DNA from: a virus | Strand: one strand, 5' to 3' | Length of the DNA stretch: 46,450 nucleotides | UHGV virus genome: UHGV-1965195 | Shown here: in pieces, positions 25,820 through 37,500 of the stretch | Numbering within the stretch: position 1 is the stretch's first letter | How the letters are laid out: each line of letters starts with the position of its first letter | Translations under genes and position numbers: made by a program | Notes under the pieces: model-generated | The model's database searches: none | What the model was told of the DNA's origin: nothing | Seen by the model: the letters and a program-made list of their open reading frames with translations, nothing else

Positions 25820-26938
25820 ATGGGAACTAAATACAAGCGCGGAAAAGACGGATATTTCCGCACAAAAGCATGGGATGGAACTTATAATACAGATGGAACG
25901 AAACACCGCCAAAATCTACAGACAACAAGGTCCAGTAAAGAGCTGGAGCGAATTGTACAGGAATTTAAAGCAAAGGTCGAGAGCCGGCAGAACATCCGGA
26001 AGACGGACATTACATTCCGGGAATACGCAAAGAAATGGAAGGAAGTATACAAGCACTCCAAAGAGGGTAATACAAAGGCAATGTACAGCAATATAATAGA
26101 CAAGCACTTTATCCTACTTGATGGAGTTAAAGTATCCGATATTGGCAGAATCCACCTACAGCTCTTACTAAACAATGCAAACGGAAAGCCAAGGACACAA
26201 GAGCAGATCTACATGGCATTTAAACAGGTTTTGGGAAGTGCTATGGCGGACAAAATCTATCCGCCGGTACTATACGAGGAAATCTTTGCAAGCATCCAAA
26301 AACCTAAATATAAGGCGCCGGATAAACGCCCTCTGACGGAATCTGAGAAAAAAGCTGTCTTTGCCGCAGAGTACAAATACGACAGGGATCAGGTCTACAC
26401 ATATCTGATCTATGGCTGCGGAATGCGCAGAGAAGAGACACTGGCTCTTACGGTGTTTGACTTTAACTTTAAAAACAACACCATTACAGTCAACAAGGCT
26501 TTTGAATTTGCAACCGGTAACGGGCAGCCTACTCTAAAAGGTACTAAGAGCGATAATGGAGACCGTACTCTCCCGATACCAACAAAGATATTGCACATTG
26601 TGAAAAACTTTGTAGAATCCGCAAGAGCGCGTGGAAAAACTTATATTTTTACCATGCAAGGCGGAGAGCCGATGTCTAAGAGCAGCTACGATAAAATGTG
26701 GGTGAGAATCCGCAAGGCGTTGCAAGAGCAATCGGAAGAACAGATCACCGGTCTTACATCACACGTATTCCGGCACAACTACTGCACCAACCTGTGTTAC
26801 CAGATTCCGAAGATCTCGATCAAGAGGATTGCGCAGCTACTGGGGGATTCTGAAAAGATGGTAATAGAGGTTTACAATCACATCATAATGGAAAAAGAGG
26901 ATGCTGATGGGGCAGTCAATGATGCCATGAATTTTTAG
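25820..26938 (+). CDS. int: Tyrosine-type site-specific integrase
   Basis: C-terminal catalytic region with HVFRHNY...Y. Start chosen at MGTKYKRGKDG with AAGGAG 9 nt upstream. 372 aa. Confidence 0.8.
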   Translation: MGTKYKRGKDGYFRTKAWDGTYNTDGTKHRQNLQTTRSSKELERIVQEFKAKVESRQNIRKTDITFREYAKKWKEVYKHSKEGNTKAMYSNIIDKHFILLDGVKVSDIGRIHLQLLLNNANGKPRTQEQIYMAFKQVLGSAMADKIYPPVLYEEIFASIQKPKYKAPDKRPLTESEKKAVFAAEYKYDRDQVYTYLIYGCGMRREETLALTVFDFNFKNNTITVNKAFEFATGNGQPTLKGTKSDNGDRTLPIPTKILHIVKNFVESARARGKTYIFTMQGGEPMSKSSYDKMWVRIRKALQEQSEEQITGLTSHVFRHNYCTNLCYQIPKISIKRIAQLLGDSEKMVIEVYNHIIMEKEDADGAVNDAMNF

Positions 26939-27081
26939 GACAAACATGGGACAAAAATGAGACATTAGACAGAAATGAGACATTTAGAATCGTTTAAAAT
27001 CGTTTGAAATCGATTATAGAATTAAGACATAAAAAGAGCGGAAACCCTTGTAAATACTGGATTTCCGCCACTTTAAAGCAA

Positions 27082-27130
27082 TGAGCGTGCGGGGATTCGA
27101 ACCCCGGACAACTTGATTAAAAGTCAAAGA
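27082..27130 (-). other. 3' portion of tRNA-Lys(TTT): anticodon arm, variable loop, T-arm and acceptor 3' strand. Probable attP core.
   Basis: Minus strand TTTGA CTTTTAA TCAAG TTGTC CGGGG TTCGAAT CCCCG CACGCTC A closely parallels Firmicutes tRNA-Lys from position 27 onward. The 5' half (acceptor 5' strand and D-arm) does not fold. Lies between int and the lysis cassette. Confidence 0.55.
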
Positions 27131-27248
27131 TTCGAAATGCCACCAACGCCTGTAAACAAGGGATTTCTTGTTCTTTCTCTTAGTCATTTTTTAGACATTT
27201 TAAATTTTATAATATTTTTAGACTTATGTCAATACGATGATACAATAT

Positions 27249-27428
27249 TCAGGACGGTAACTCCATCCGTCCAACACTCATATATGCCGCCCGTAAAAAG
27301 GTGTGCATCATTTCGGTTGTCAGGATCATCCCTTCTGGCAGCCGGAATTTAAAAGTATTTCCGGGTATCTCTATAAACTCTTGGTATAGTAAAAATGTAT
27401 CGTAAGATTCGTAGATTTGATATTCCAT
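27249..27428 (-). CDS. Small hypothetical protein (59 aa, MEYQIYESYDTFLLYQEFIEIPGNTFKFRLPEGMILTTEMMHTFLRAAYMSVGRMELPS)
   Basis: GAGGGGGAG precedes the ATG. Lies between the lysin terminator and the att core in an AT-rich segment. Below the ORF-track cutoff. Confidence 0.35.
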   Translation of the reverse strand: MEYQIYESYDTFLLYQEFIEIPGNTFKFRLPEGMILTTEMMHTFLRAAYMSVGRMELPS

Positions 27429-27517
27429 ACTTGCTCCCCCTCACATTGACTACATATATTATAGCACAGAGGGGTTTGAATTGAATTTATTAAAAATACA
27501 TTTTGATGGAAAATAAT

Positions 27518-27552
27518 ATTCACCCCTCAGAGAGCTAATCTCCGAGGGGGTT
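27518..27552. terminator. Intrinsic terminator hairpin downstream of the endolysin gene, possibly bidirectional
   Basis: CCCCTCAGAGA-gctaa-TCTCCGAGGGG. Followed by GUUUUAUU on the plus strand and by UGAAUAUUAUUUU on the minus strand. Confidence 0.5.
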
Positions 27553-27555
27553 TTA

Positions 27556-28521
27556 TTAGAACAACTGGAACCGATCGATTGCCTGTCCGAACGCTCCAGC
27601 ATATCCGTCCTGTCCGTTTCCAGTCTCGTTATCATACTGCCATGACCAGTAAGCTCCATTTACAGGGCTGACACGGTACTGTGCTTTCTGATAGCCGTAT
27701 TTTGCCGCATAATCCGCTGGAGTATTGTAGTACACCTCGATTGCGTCAATCGGCTGTCCGGTACCTGCATAACCATTGTTGTGATCATTCCAGTTGCATC
27801 CGGTCACATAAGGCAGCCACCCTCTGCCAATCACGTGGACTCTGTATTTTACGGAGCCTTTGTCTACCTTAATAGCTACATCCGTGATGCGCTTGCCCTG
27901 AATCCCGGCAAAATCCGTGAGATTCCGTACAAACGGCAAGATGCGTCCGTCCTCCAGCTTGACAGCGTAGGTAAATACTACTTCCGGCTGCTGTGACGCC
28001 GATACCTGTCCACCAGATACGTAAGTTGGTGGCATGACATTTCCGGCCATATACTCCTTAATCCGCTTGATAAAGTAGGATTTCGTAGCTTCTCTGCCGC
28101 CGTGAATCTCTACAGATCTGTGAGGGCATGATGTGGCATACACTTCCTGATGGAGTCTGATTGTGCTTGTGCTTGGTGTGATTCCATACTCCTTGCACTT
28201 CTGCGCCGCCAACTGCAATGCTTTTTCCTCGTTTGCTTTAAATACATCCAGTTCACCCATACTCTGGCATGTTTCGATGCCGAGATAGTTTAAGTTTCCA
28301 TTTGTGTCCCCGCAATGCCATGCACAATTCATATCATCCTCTGCCTGTAAGATGCCATCCTGTGCTACATAATAGTGCGCAAATCCATTTTCAAGCGGAT
28401 GTGTCTGTAACCAATTTCTGTAAAATGCTGCATTGGCGTTCTTACTTCCAGCGTCATTGTGAAAAAAGATACCTACCGGATTTCTCCCTCTGTTTCCTGC
28501 TACTCCACGACAAATACTCAT
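27556..28521 (-). CDS. Endolysin: N-acetylmuramoyl-L-alanine amidase (Amidase_2/PGRP-type) with a C-terminal cell-wall-binding region
   Basis: Start at MSICRGVAGNRGRNPVGIFFHNDAG with AAAGGAGAAAAT upstream. Contains CAWHCGDTNGNLNYLGIE and HQEVYATSCP, which are Amidase_2-like zinc-ligand contexts. Confidence 0.7.
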   Translation of the reverse strand: MSICRGVAGNRGRNPVGIFFHNDAGSKNANAAFYRNWLQTHPLENGFAHYYVAQDGILQAEDDMNCAWHCGDTNGNLNYLGIETCQSMGELDVFKANEEKALQLAAQKCKEYGITPSTSTIRLHQEVYATSCPHRSVEIHGGREATKSYFIKRIKEYMAGNVMPPTYVSGGQVSASQQPEVVFTYAVKLEDGRILPFVRNLTDFAGIQGKRITDVAIKVDKGSVKYRVHVIGRGWLPYVTGCNWNDHNNGYAGTGQPIDAIEVYYNTPADYAAKYGYQKAQYRVSPVNGAYWSWQYDNETGNGQDGYAGAFGQAIDRFQLF

Positions 28522-28564
28522 ATTTTCTCCTTTCCGTGCGATGTCGCACAATAAAAGAGGACGA

Positions 28565-29017
28565 TTACTCGCCCTCCTGCTCCTGTGATTTATTTGTTAA
28601 AACATCCAGTGCTTTTTTTAACGCTTCCGGATATTTCACACCCATAATTCCAACATTTTCTAAAATCGAGATCCCCTCATTTGCTATAAATGCCAGTACT
28701 ACCGCTGTACGGATGTAGTCTACGCCGAGAGTAACATCCAATCGGTATGCAATAAGTACGATCAGGAGAGATACTCCTTTTCTGCACAAGCCTTTCCATG
28801 CAGAGTAGCTACTCAGTGCCCCGTTTTCCGACTTGTTGCTCTTTTTCCAAAAGGCGGCAATCAGAAGTCCGAGAACAAAGTCTACTCCCATAAAAATAAG
28901 TAATGTAGTCAAATCCTCGGACCATCCTCCAATCAGATTTACAAATCCTCCAACAATAGCTCCAAACACCATGCATAAAAACGCTTTTACATTTGCCAAC
29001 TGTTCCATTTTCTTCAT
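28565..29017 (-). CDS. Holin (phage_holin_4_1 / toxin-secretion holin family)
   Basis: 150 aa. Several TM helices (FLCMVFGAIVGGFVNLIGGW, LLIFMGVDFVLGLLIAAFW, LLIVLIAYRL). Charged C-terminus. Immediately upstream of the endolysin. Confidence 0.7.
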   Translation of the reverse strand: MKKMEQLANVKAFLCMVFGAIVGGFVNLIGGWSEDLTTLLIFMGVDFVLGLLIAAFWKKSNKSENGALSSYSAWKGLCRKGVSLLIVLIAYRLDVTLGVDYIRTAVVLAFIANEGISILENVGIMGVKYPEALKKALDVLTNKSQEQEGE

Positions 29018-29098
29018 ATCCTCACTTTCCTTTCTGGTTTTAAGTATAAAAATAAGACCATTACGGTCTTGCTCTAATCTCCATATTCGCTCCTTTAA

Positions 29099-32000
29099 TC
29101 AATCATCTGTAATCCACGTGAACGTTGCGTGACGTTCTGTCCATGCGGCATTCTCCACATAAATCTTGATCCCCCCATCTTTTCCTATGCCGTATCTTCC
29201 CGTTCCAAATATGTTAGGTCCTGAAACTTCACTATAGGGGGCAAAGAAATCCATAACCGGTCGATATCCTACTGGAATTTTCACCTCGTTGAATGGCCCG
29301 TATTCGCCACTTCCCGGAAATTGTGCAATCATTGTGATCTTGCATGTTACCATACATCCTCTTCTTTTCAGCTCCACGCGAATGTTATTAGCGGAGTTTG
29401 TACTTGTATATGGACCTTTCACGGTACCGGAATCGTAAGAGATAGATTTTGTAAGCTGCTTAATTGTCCTAATAAGCCATATGCTATCTCCATTTATGTT
29501 TGTCACCGAAAAGTCACGCATCTCCTCATCTCCGCGAATAGAGCATACCATAGATCCATTCGCGATATCATCTGCCATGCTACTGCCGCCGGAATAAAAT
29601 TCTAATCCAGAGTAGTTTAATCGACTCCCCCAGTACCTAGACGGTGTAAACGATCTTACCATGTCAATATTCTCTTTTTTTACAAAAACGGAAATTGTAC
29701 CGTCACTGCTTTTAGACACGATCTCTCCGGTGTCTACATTTATGTAAAAGTGTCCACCCTTACTCTTAATAAGTCCGGCTGTTACAGTTCCAAGGTTGGC
29801 AACGATCGCACTGAGCGTTTGCACGTCCAGATTCTCGACTGCGATATAATGGATCACCCACCTACTTCCATCCCACCGCTTGATCGGCTGACCGGATGCT
29901 GTCTGCCATAACTGGCCAACTTTAGGATTTGACGGAGCCGTAGAAGATACAATTATGCCACTTGGTCCTGTTGCTCCTGTAGCACCGGTCGCTCCCTTAT
30001 CACCATATGCTCCGATGATACATGGTGCTGATTGATACGTGCTACCATTTGTATAGGTAACAACTTCATAATTCCACAGATATTTTTTTGACGCCGTTAT
30101 TGCTTGTACAGTTGTAGTCCATCCTGATGTGGACGCCGACACACCGCTTCCGCTTGCCGTTGCAAGATAATAATTCGTGATAGATTTTATTCCGTTTCCA
30201 GTTACCCCTTGTGGTCCCGTTGCACCAGTTGCCCCCTGCGGTCCTTTCGGGCCAGTCGCTCCTTGTGGCCCCTGGGGACCTGTTGCACCTGCATTCCCTT
30301 GAGGTCCTTGTGGACCGGTAGCTCCTGTTGCTCCTTTGTCTCCGTATATCCCGATTATTTTTGGTGTAGTGGTCGCTGTCGTATTATCTGTAAACGTAAA
30401 TTTTTCATAGTTCCACAAGTATTTATTTGTTGCTGTCATCGTCGGAACTGATGTACTCCAACCGCTTGACGCTGTTGTAATTCCTGTTTTTGCGGAAGAA
30501 ATCAAATAATATTCTGTAATAGTTTTTATCCCTCTTCCAGATGACCCCGCAGGCCCTTGTGGTCCTGTCGCACCTTGTTCTCCTTTAATCTTCGCCCACT
30601 TATAAGATCCAACACTTGCAGGATCGGACTGATTGTAATCCACGCAAGTACCAATATACGTTCCTACATCTTCTCCGCTGTTTCCGGTAAATGTTTTCCC
30701 TCCATCGTTGGAATATTTAATGTGCAGATAGCTTGTCTTGCCGTTTGTACCGTTCGTCCCCGGAATCCCCTGTGTTCCCTGTGGTCCTTGCACTCCCTGG
30801 AAGCGTGACCAGGCATATTTCTTTGGATCTTCGCTATCTGCTTGCGTAAAATCTACGTAAGTACCAATGTATGTAGACGGCGTTTCCGTCATCTGGCTAC
30901 TTGATGTAGGATTCGCAACTGAGGAATACTTAATATGAAAATAGGTGGACTGTCCGGCTGGTCCCTGCGGTCCAGTAGCACCTGTATTTCCTTGAGGTCC
31001 CTGTATTCCCTGTTCACCTTTAGGACCTTGTACCCCTTGCAGACCGGGAACTCCCTGTGGACCACGTTCCCCCTGTTCGCCTTTGATCTTTGTCCATGTA
31101 TATTTCGTAGCATCTGTACTATCTGCCTGTGTATAATCTGTATACTGCCCGATATAGAGCTTATTTGTACCATCCGTGGTGGAAAATCCCGTCTTGCCAT
31201 CTGCACTGTTTGCATAGGCGATATGTAGATACGGGGTCTTTCCATCGGCTCCCGGCTTTCCTGGTGTTCCGATCGCCCCGTCTGCGCCTTTGATCTTACT
31301 CCATGCATATTTTGTCGGGTCTGCGCTGTCATTTTGCGTAAAATCAACATACATTCCGATATATTCCCGATTACTGTCGGATACAGAAAAATCTTTAGAC
31401 CCATCTGCGCTGTTTGCATAAGCAATGTGGGTGTACTGTGTTTTTCCGTCCTTCCCATCTTTTCCCGGGATTCCCTGATCCCCTTTTGGACCCTGTATAC
31501 CATCCAATCCCGGAGCGCCTTGTGGACCCGGAGGTCCCTGTTCGCCTTGCTCTCCTTTCTCACCTTGCGGACCCTGTTCTCCGTCTTTTCCTTCCTCTCC
31601 ATCCATTACAACTGTAATCGTAACCTCGTAATATCCACGTTTTATCCCATTTTCCATAGCCTCAAACGAGTACACCGCCTTTGTATCCACGTCCGTAGCA
31701 TTTACCGTAACGCTCTTACCAACATAAAACTCATGTCCATCCTTGCTCCATCGGAATTGTAGCTTGTCTGCCACATCCACGCCGTTATCGTAAGCGTAAG
31801 CGGTCAGAGTAGTGCTACCAATGCCATTTTTAAAGATAATGCCGTTGTTTGTTGAGATAGAGCAAGTATAAACCTTATTTTTATTAATAAGGTCTTGCAT
31901 CCTCTGTAATAAGCTGTCCGAAATTTCGGATGTAAGCTCTTTGTAGTTTGTAAATACCGTCTTTGCTGTCTTTGGATTGGTAAGACTGCGCACCTGTTCG

Positions 32001-33031
32001 GACACTCTTGCCTGTAGATAAAGGACTGGTGTCCACTCCTGATCCTGCATCCTTACCGTATCCCCGATGTTGGTGTCAAAATATCCGTCCACCTCGTAAG
32101 TCACCACCGGTTCAGATGCTGTTTTAAGATCAGACAGAGCCATGCTATAGAGCTTGTCCTTGCTGTCTGTATCGTACTCTTTACGCATCAGGATATAAGC
32201 ATCAGCCTTATTTACGATGTTGGATGGGAACCGGTCCCTTGCCTGCGGTGCGCGGATGATCGCACCGTCTGTAAAGTACTCGATATTGCCGTTTTCATCG
32301 TATTCTTTCTTGTCAAGACCATTGATTGTCAGACCGTCCTTTCCGGTCGGCTGGATGCAGGTGTAAAGCTTCTCGGCATCTGTGGTTTTTCGAATTCCGG
32401 TAATTCCTTTCCCGTACCGCAGTACAATGTCATTCCGGTATTCTCCGACTCCGCTGTCTGTATCGGAGTGTTTCCGATATACATTTAGGACAATCTCTTT
32501 TAAAGAGTAGTCTCTGTTCAGTACTGTCTCAAATTCGATCTCCGCAGAAAAGACATTAGCCAGGGAGAATAATCTCTTTAATACGGACGTTGTACCTGTC
32601 CATTCGTTGGTGATCCGTTTGTCCGACACCTCATTGAGTCCCAATTTAAGCGTTCTCTCAGCATCAAAGACGGCGAGGTACTCTTCAAAACTCATGGCTT
32701 TTCCAGCTTTGTATTCTCCAGCATCCTCGTTAATAAGCTCAAACGACAGTGACCATGCCGTAGCAGTAATCGTCTGTTCCGTTTTATCGGTATTTACAAT
32801 GTTTAAGTAGTATGATTTCCCCTTGTAAGTAAATGCCACCTTATTCCCAGCTTTGATATGCTGTGCGTCTGGATGCTTTGCATTTACCGTAAAAGTGTAA
32901 GCATTCGCCGTACCCTGTAAGTATTCGTGTAGATCATCATTCCAGTAGTGCATGGACTTTTTATGCCCGTTGTCCATGTACGCTACTGGCGTGTTATTTG
33001 TGCTTAGAATCGCAATTCTGATGTTATCCAT
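29099..33031 (-). CDS. Tail-associated lysin (Tal)/tail fibre protein with four collagen-like segments and repeated beta-modules
   Basis: 1310 aa. N-terminal region resembles the prophage-tail/Tal N-terminal domain. G-X-Y runs ([31 protein letters not shown]...) alternate with modules containing KTxY[TL]HI[AK]Y...KY[AT]W[ST][KR]IKG four times. Two [10 protein letters not shown]...KYLWNYE repeats. Directly follows Dit. Confidence 0.7.
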   Translation of the reverse strand: MDNIRIAILSTNNTPVAYMDNGHKKSMHYWNDDLHEYLQGTANAYTFTVNAKHPDAQHIKAGNKVAFTYKGKSYYLNIVNTDKTEQTITATAWSLSFELINEDAGEYKAGKAMSFEEYLAVFDAERTLKLGLNEVSDKRITNEWTGTTSVLKRLFSLANVFSAEIEFETVLNRDYSLKEIVLNVYRKHSDTDSGVGEYRNDIVLRYGKGITGIRKTTDAEKLYTCIQPTGKDGLTINGLDKKEYDENGNIEYFTDGAIIRAPQARDRFPSNIVNKADAYILMRKEYDTDSKDKLYSMALSDLKTASEPVVTYEVDGYFDTNIGDTVRMQDQEWTPVLYLQARVSEQVRSLTNPKTAKTVFTNYKELTSEISDSLLQRMQDLINKNKVYTCSISTNNGIIFKNGIGSTTLTAYAYDNGVDVADKLQFRWSKDGHEFYVGKSVTVNATDVDTKAVYSFEAMENGIKRGYYEVTITVVMDGEEGKDGEQGPQGEKGEQGEQGPPGPQGAPGLDGIQGPKGDQGIPGKDGKDGKTQYTHIAYANSADGSKDFSVSDSNREYIGMYVDFTQNDSADPTKYAWSKIKGADGAIGTPGKPGADGKTPYLHIAYANSADGKTGFSTTDGTNKLYIGQYTDYTQADSTDATKYTWTKIKGEQGERGPQGVPGLQGVQGPKGEQGIQGPQGNTGATGPQGPAGQSTYFHIKYSSVANPTSSSQMTETPSTYIGTYVDFTQADSEDPKKYAWSRFQGVQGPQGTQGIPGTNGTNGKTSYLHIKYSNDGGKTFTGNSGEDVGTYIGTCVDYNQSDPASVGSYKWAKIKGEQGATGPQGPAGSSGRGIKTITEYYLISSAKTGITTASSGWSTSVPTMTATNKYLWNYEKFTFTDNTTATTTPKIIGIYGDKGATGATGPQGPQGNAGATGPQGPQGATGPKGPQGATGATGPQGVTGNGIKSITNYYLATASGSGVSASTSGWTTTVQAITASKKYLWNYEVVTYTNGSTYQSAPCIIGAYGDKGATGATGATGPSGIIVSSTAPSNPKVGQLWQTASGQPIKRWDGSRWVIHYIAVENLDVQTLSAIVANLGTVTAGLIKSKGGHFYINVDTGEIVSKSSDGTISVFVKKENIDMVRSFTPSRYWGSRLNYSGLEFYSGGSSMADDIANGSMVCSIRGDEEMRDFSVTNINGDSIWLIRTIKQLTKSISYDSGTVKGPYTSTNSANNIRVELKRRGCMVTCKITMIAQFPGSGEYGPFNEVKIPVGYRPVMDFFAPYSEVSGPNIFGTGRYGIGKDGGIKIYVENAAWTERHATFTWITDD

Positions 33032-34503
33032 TACAAATATACCTCCCGTATTTTTGCTTTAATATGCGGCGGTGGAGATGAAAAGGAAGAATAGCAGAAC
33101 TGGACTTCCGTTGTCCCCGGTGGAACTTTTGGATAATTGGATCCATTAATCTCATCTCCTTTTGCCGGCATCCCGTTTACATAGACCTTTGTACTCTCTC
33201 CGTCTATAGACACCACGTCACCGGCACGATACCGGTTCGGCACATCTCTGTATTTTTCCACGTTATCTTTGCGGAACCAGATACTTTTTAAATAATTGTG
33301 TGTGACCAGCTGATTTCCAAGATCTCTACTTCCCCACTGCCCGATCCAGACCTGTATCTTCTCACACACCATGTCTTTAATCTCCGGGATAGTAAAGTAA
33401 TAATACTGACCGTACCAAAAGATCCGTAGCCTGTCACCCTCTTTTAAAAAATCATTATGCCCGCCACCCATCTTTAAATTAAACGGGTTTCCCTCATAAG
33501 CTGTCGGCTGGAAATCCAGTGTCTTGATCTTCTTGTTTTGTGGTGCGAACCAGTCCACATGTGCCGTATTGCCAACCGTATCACTCTTGTTAATAGACAT
33601 GGCGCATATCACCTTGTTATCTCCAGTCAGGAATGCAATGGTCTGTGCTCCTGTCTGCCCCATCAAGCCGGTTTCGAACCAGTGCTGGGTGTAACAGTAA
33701 AAGTTCTTCGCTCCACGTCTGCCCTCGCTGTCCACCGGGATAGTAAGGGTTTTCATTCCACCGTTCCAGTATCCGGATGTTGCTTGTCCACCTTTTAATG
33801 CCATCACATTGTATCCAGCAACATTCTTGACTTCAAGTGTTCCCTGTGTGGTGTTTTCCGGATTCTGATAAGAGGTCCCATGATCGTCTTGAAACAGACT
33901 GTAACCGTTAAACAGTTCTTCAGATGCTTCGTAATTCTCTCCGTCCGCCTCTTCTTGCTTGCCTAGCTGGATCACTCCATACTGGCTTACCAGTCCGATA
34001 AAGCCGTTTTCGTGCTGATGTGCGATCTCGTAGTCCACGTCTGCCCATTCGGTTCCGTTGTTTTGGATGGTGATTGTCTGGTAGCCGTCTTTTTGTACTC
34101 CGTCAAAGGAGAATTCTGCGGTAGAGTATGCTACTCCGTCCGGGATGAGCCATGTGATTGTTCCCTCTCCCAGAAATTCCGTTTCTTCACTGAATTCTAA
34201 AGTACCACTTGGAATCGCATAAAAACATTTGTTCGGAACATTTCCAAACACTAACTTTTTTGGTTCATCTACTTTTAATGCTTTCTGTAAAGCATCGTAC
34301 TTCTCTTCCAGATTACCCTCAATCGTAAACGGCATCACAATTTGTTTGTTCTCGTATGACGTGTAAGCAAAATCACTTCCATTCTGTTTTTCTGCCTTCA
34401 CAAACGATGGATTCCAGTCAGCACCGACAAACGGTGTAAATCCCTGTAGTACTTCGATGTACTTTCCTAATTCGATGTCATTGAACTTCACAGAAAGTGT
34501 CAT
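33031..34503 (-). CDS. Distal tail protein (Dit) with an extended C-terminal domain
   Basis: 490 aa between the tape measure and Tal genes. Coupled to both (overlapping start and stop codons). Confidence 0.6.
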   Translation of the reverse strand: MTLSVKFNDIELGKYIEVLQGFTPFVGADWNPSFVKAEKQNGSDFAYTSYENKQIVMPFTIEGNLEEKYDALQKALKVDEPKKLVFGNVPNKCFYAIPSGTLEFSEETEFLGEGTITWLIPDGVAYSTAEFSFDGVQKDGYQTITIQNNGTEWADVDYEIAHQHENGFIGLVSQYGVIQLGKQEEADGENYEASEELFNGYSLFQDDHGTSYQNPENTTQGTLEVKNVAGYNVMALKGGQATSGYWNGGMKTLTIPVDSEGRRGAKNFYCYTQHWFETGLMGQTGAQTIAFLTGDNKVICAMSINKSDTVGNTAHVDWFAPQNKKIKTLDFQPTAYEGNPFNLKMGGGHNDFLKEGDRLRIFWYGQYYYFTIPEIKDMVCEKIQVWIGQWGSRDLGNQLVTHNYLKSIWFRKDNVEKYRDVPNRYRAGDVVSIDGESTKVYVNGMPAKGDEINGSNYPKVPPGTTEVQFCYSSFSSPPPHIKAKIREVYL

Positions 34504-37500
34504 GTACGTTCTCCTTTCAGTAATTTCTTAAAATCTGTAATTCTTTGCTGTTCTGTCAGCATTGGAGCTGCTGTTTCTTTAATTAATTCTCTTCCATTCA
34601 GTGTTGTGCTTACTTCGATCGGACGTTTTGCCAGATCAGAAAGTCCTGCCACTGCACTCATAATCGCCTGATTCTGCTGCTGAAGCTTTCTGATTTCTGC
34701 GTTATCCATCTTGTACTGCATAACAGATGTTGCTGGACGATTTGCCACTCTGGATGCATTAAAAGCCATGACCTCTCGCATCCGTGCTGAAACAGCGGAC
34801 AGATCAATAGATTCCAGTGCTGCGTTTGAAATATTTCGGGAAGATTTTACAACTGACTTTTCTTCATCCTTAATACCCAACGCCAGACCTTTACTGAAGA
34901 ATTGACCAAATTCCCTTGTCTTTTTGGATGGGGAACGCTCATCAAGTTCCCTTTTCGCTGCTGCCAGTGCAGAAGAAGCAACTGCGATAGCTGCGGAAAT
35001 AGCCGCGGAGCTTCCAGCCGAAATACCATTGGCAAGACCATAGGAAAAATTCAATCCCTGATCGTATGCCTCGCTTTTCATTCCAACGCCCTTTAAACCA
35101 GATACCGCTCCGTCTCCCAGGCTTTTACTGGATGACTCCGCGTTTTTCTTTCCGGAATCAATCCCACTCTTTAAACCATCACCAAGTTTCTTTCCTTCCT
35201 GTTTTCCTTTTTCGGAAAGCTTGACATTTGACAATGCCACCGCTGCATTGCCGCCTAATGTAGATGCCGCCGCATTTACTGATCCAGAACCACCAACAAT
35301 TCCATTTGCAAGCGCGTTTGCAATCTGACTTCCCATTGCCTGCGCTTGTCCCGAAACATTTGCAGATGAAAGTCCTGATAAAGCCGCATTTTCCAATCCT
35401 GATGCAGCCGCCTGCACAACTGGGGCTTGACCGCTCAAAGAGGATGACAGTCCAAAACCTACGTTGTTTCCAAATCCTGCCGTAGCTGACAACATATCCA
35501 TGCCATTCAGTCCTTGTGGAATCTGACCGCCTAAGGAAGCCGCTGCCGTCAATACGGCATTGGAATTCGCATGCAACGCATCAATTAGAGACTGTGTTGC
35601 CTCACTTCCTTTGCTGGAAGGAACCGTTGTCGTATCTGTAGTACTTGCACCTGTATTGATCTCATTCACAGCGCTTTTTGCTGCTTCATTGATCGCAGTT
35701 TTTCCACTGTTTACAGAATTCGCAGTACTATCTGCCGCCTCTCTTCCTTTTTGAGCAGGAACTGTAGAAGTATCTGCCTCTGCTGCCCCTTCGCTAACAC
35801 CACCCTCGATAGCGTCTTTCGTGGCTTGCTTAACTGGTTCTTTTCCCTCTTGCACTGCATTCGCTGCTGCTTCAGTAGTTTCTTTTGCTTCTTGGGCTGC
35901 TGCTTCTGGATTGCCTGAGTTTCCGAGTAATTGATTGATTTCATTTTGCCAAGCTTCAATCTGAGCTGTGTTATTGGTAGTCCCCTTTTCGTACTCGATT
36001 TGAGCCATGAGCCACATTGCTCGACTGCCGTCTACCATCGTCTGAGTGATACCTGAATTACCATCCTCTGCTGCAAGGCGCATTTCTTCATATTTTTGTT
36101 GCCAAGTCTGCACCTGTTTAGAAAGTTCTGCTTCATTTTCTCCAGTAGATCGTATCAAACCGTCTGTCAGTGCTTTGATTGCAGCTTCCATATTGGCCGT
36201 TCCAGCTTCTGCTGCTCCCATTGCAGCTTCATAATTTGCAATAACAGCCGTGTATTCGTCATAAGCAATCTTAGCATCATCAAACGCTTTCTTAGCTTTT
36301 TCTAATTCTTCATTCGCTTCCATCTGCGCCTGTTGGAGTCGCATAATTTCAAAAGATCCTGCGGCTTGTTCCGCAGTCATAGAAGATTCCGCTTCTCTAA
36401 GTTCATCTGTTGCTTGCTTAGCCCTTTTCCTAACTTCGATATAATCATTGTATGCTCTGGCTAATTCATCCTCTGCTTCTGCCTGTTTTTTAACCGCTTC
36501 ATTAAAGTCATCTTCGTAAGCCAATAATATTGCTTCTGCTTTTTTCTTCCGGATGACCTCATCAATGGATTGCGTTAACTCACCATACTTCTGTATCACA
36601 CCATCTGTCGTTTCAATCTCTACGCCAAGTGCTTCGGATAATGTGGATGTAATAAAGGCTGCACGTTCCTCATATCTTTCCTTTATCTTTCCATTTTGGT
36701 CAACAATTCCCTGCAACTCATCCCATAGTTGCTGATAATAACCAAACTGCGTCTGAATTCCGGCAACTTCATCTTGTCTTGCAGCCTGAGTTTCTCTGAT
36801 TGCTTCTGCCTGCTCTGCCAGTTTTTTATTGGCTTTATCTGTAGCAGACTCCGCTTCTTTCTGCGTCAAAGCATAAACACCAAGACCTGCTGCCAGAGCT
36901 GCTACCGCAGAAATCACAAGACCAATCGGATTCGCTTTCATAGCAACGTTCCAAAGAGTTTGTGCTTTTGTGGCTAAATTCACCTTTCCTGTAAACATGC
37001 CAACAACTGCTTGCCCGGCTGTAAGTGTAGCGTTTGTTGCAACACCACTTTCCATAGCCAGAAGCTGTGCAGCATAGTAAGCATCCACTGCTGCAGAAGC
37101 GGTCTTCCATGTTTTCACACCTTTTTTTAATATAGATGTTGTTTCATTGACAACTTTGTACCCCTTAAATGCAGTAAAAGCCGCCGTTGCTGATGCTGCG
37201 ATCAAGTCCAGATTCTCTCCTGCAAAGTCCAGTGCCTTTGTCAGTGGAGGGAGCGCTTTATCAGCCAGATTTCCAACAGCATCTACTACATTACTTAAAG
37301 TATCAACCACTGTTTCTCCAGCTTCCCTCAAGCCACCGTCACTCAATGACTCTGCCACTGCATCAATCGCATCCTCAACCGGCTCTTGCAGTTTGGATGG
37401 TAACAGCTCTGCCAAACCGGATGCCATAGACTCCGCCACCTCTCCGGCCGCACCGAGAATTCTTCCTTTGTTCGAAGCAATTCCAGAAGCAAATGCTTCT

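Noticed and set aside
25267-25863. 198-aa minus-strand ORF
   Set aside because: Entirely antisense to the DUF4236 membrane-protein gene and the int start. Leu/Cys/Phe-rich junk translation. Shadow ORF.
27082-27154. Complete tRNA-Lys gene
   Set aside because: Only positions about 27-73 fold. The expected acceptor 5' strand (GAGCGTG) and D-arm are absent upstream. Treated as an att-core fragment, not a functional tRNA.
27113-27352. 79-aa plus-strand ORF
   Set aside because: Overlaps the tRNA-Lys fragment (att core) and the AT-rich spacer. A better small ORF with a strong ribosome-binding site lies on the opposite strand (27249-27428).
29321-31762. Multiple plus-strand ORFs inside the Tal gene (e.g. 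30209-30451, 30889-31602 minus alternative frame, 31334-31762)
   Set aside because: Alternative-frame or antisense translations of the collagen-like GGN/CCN-rich coding sequence. Such repeats generate long spurious open frames.
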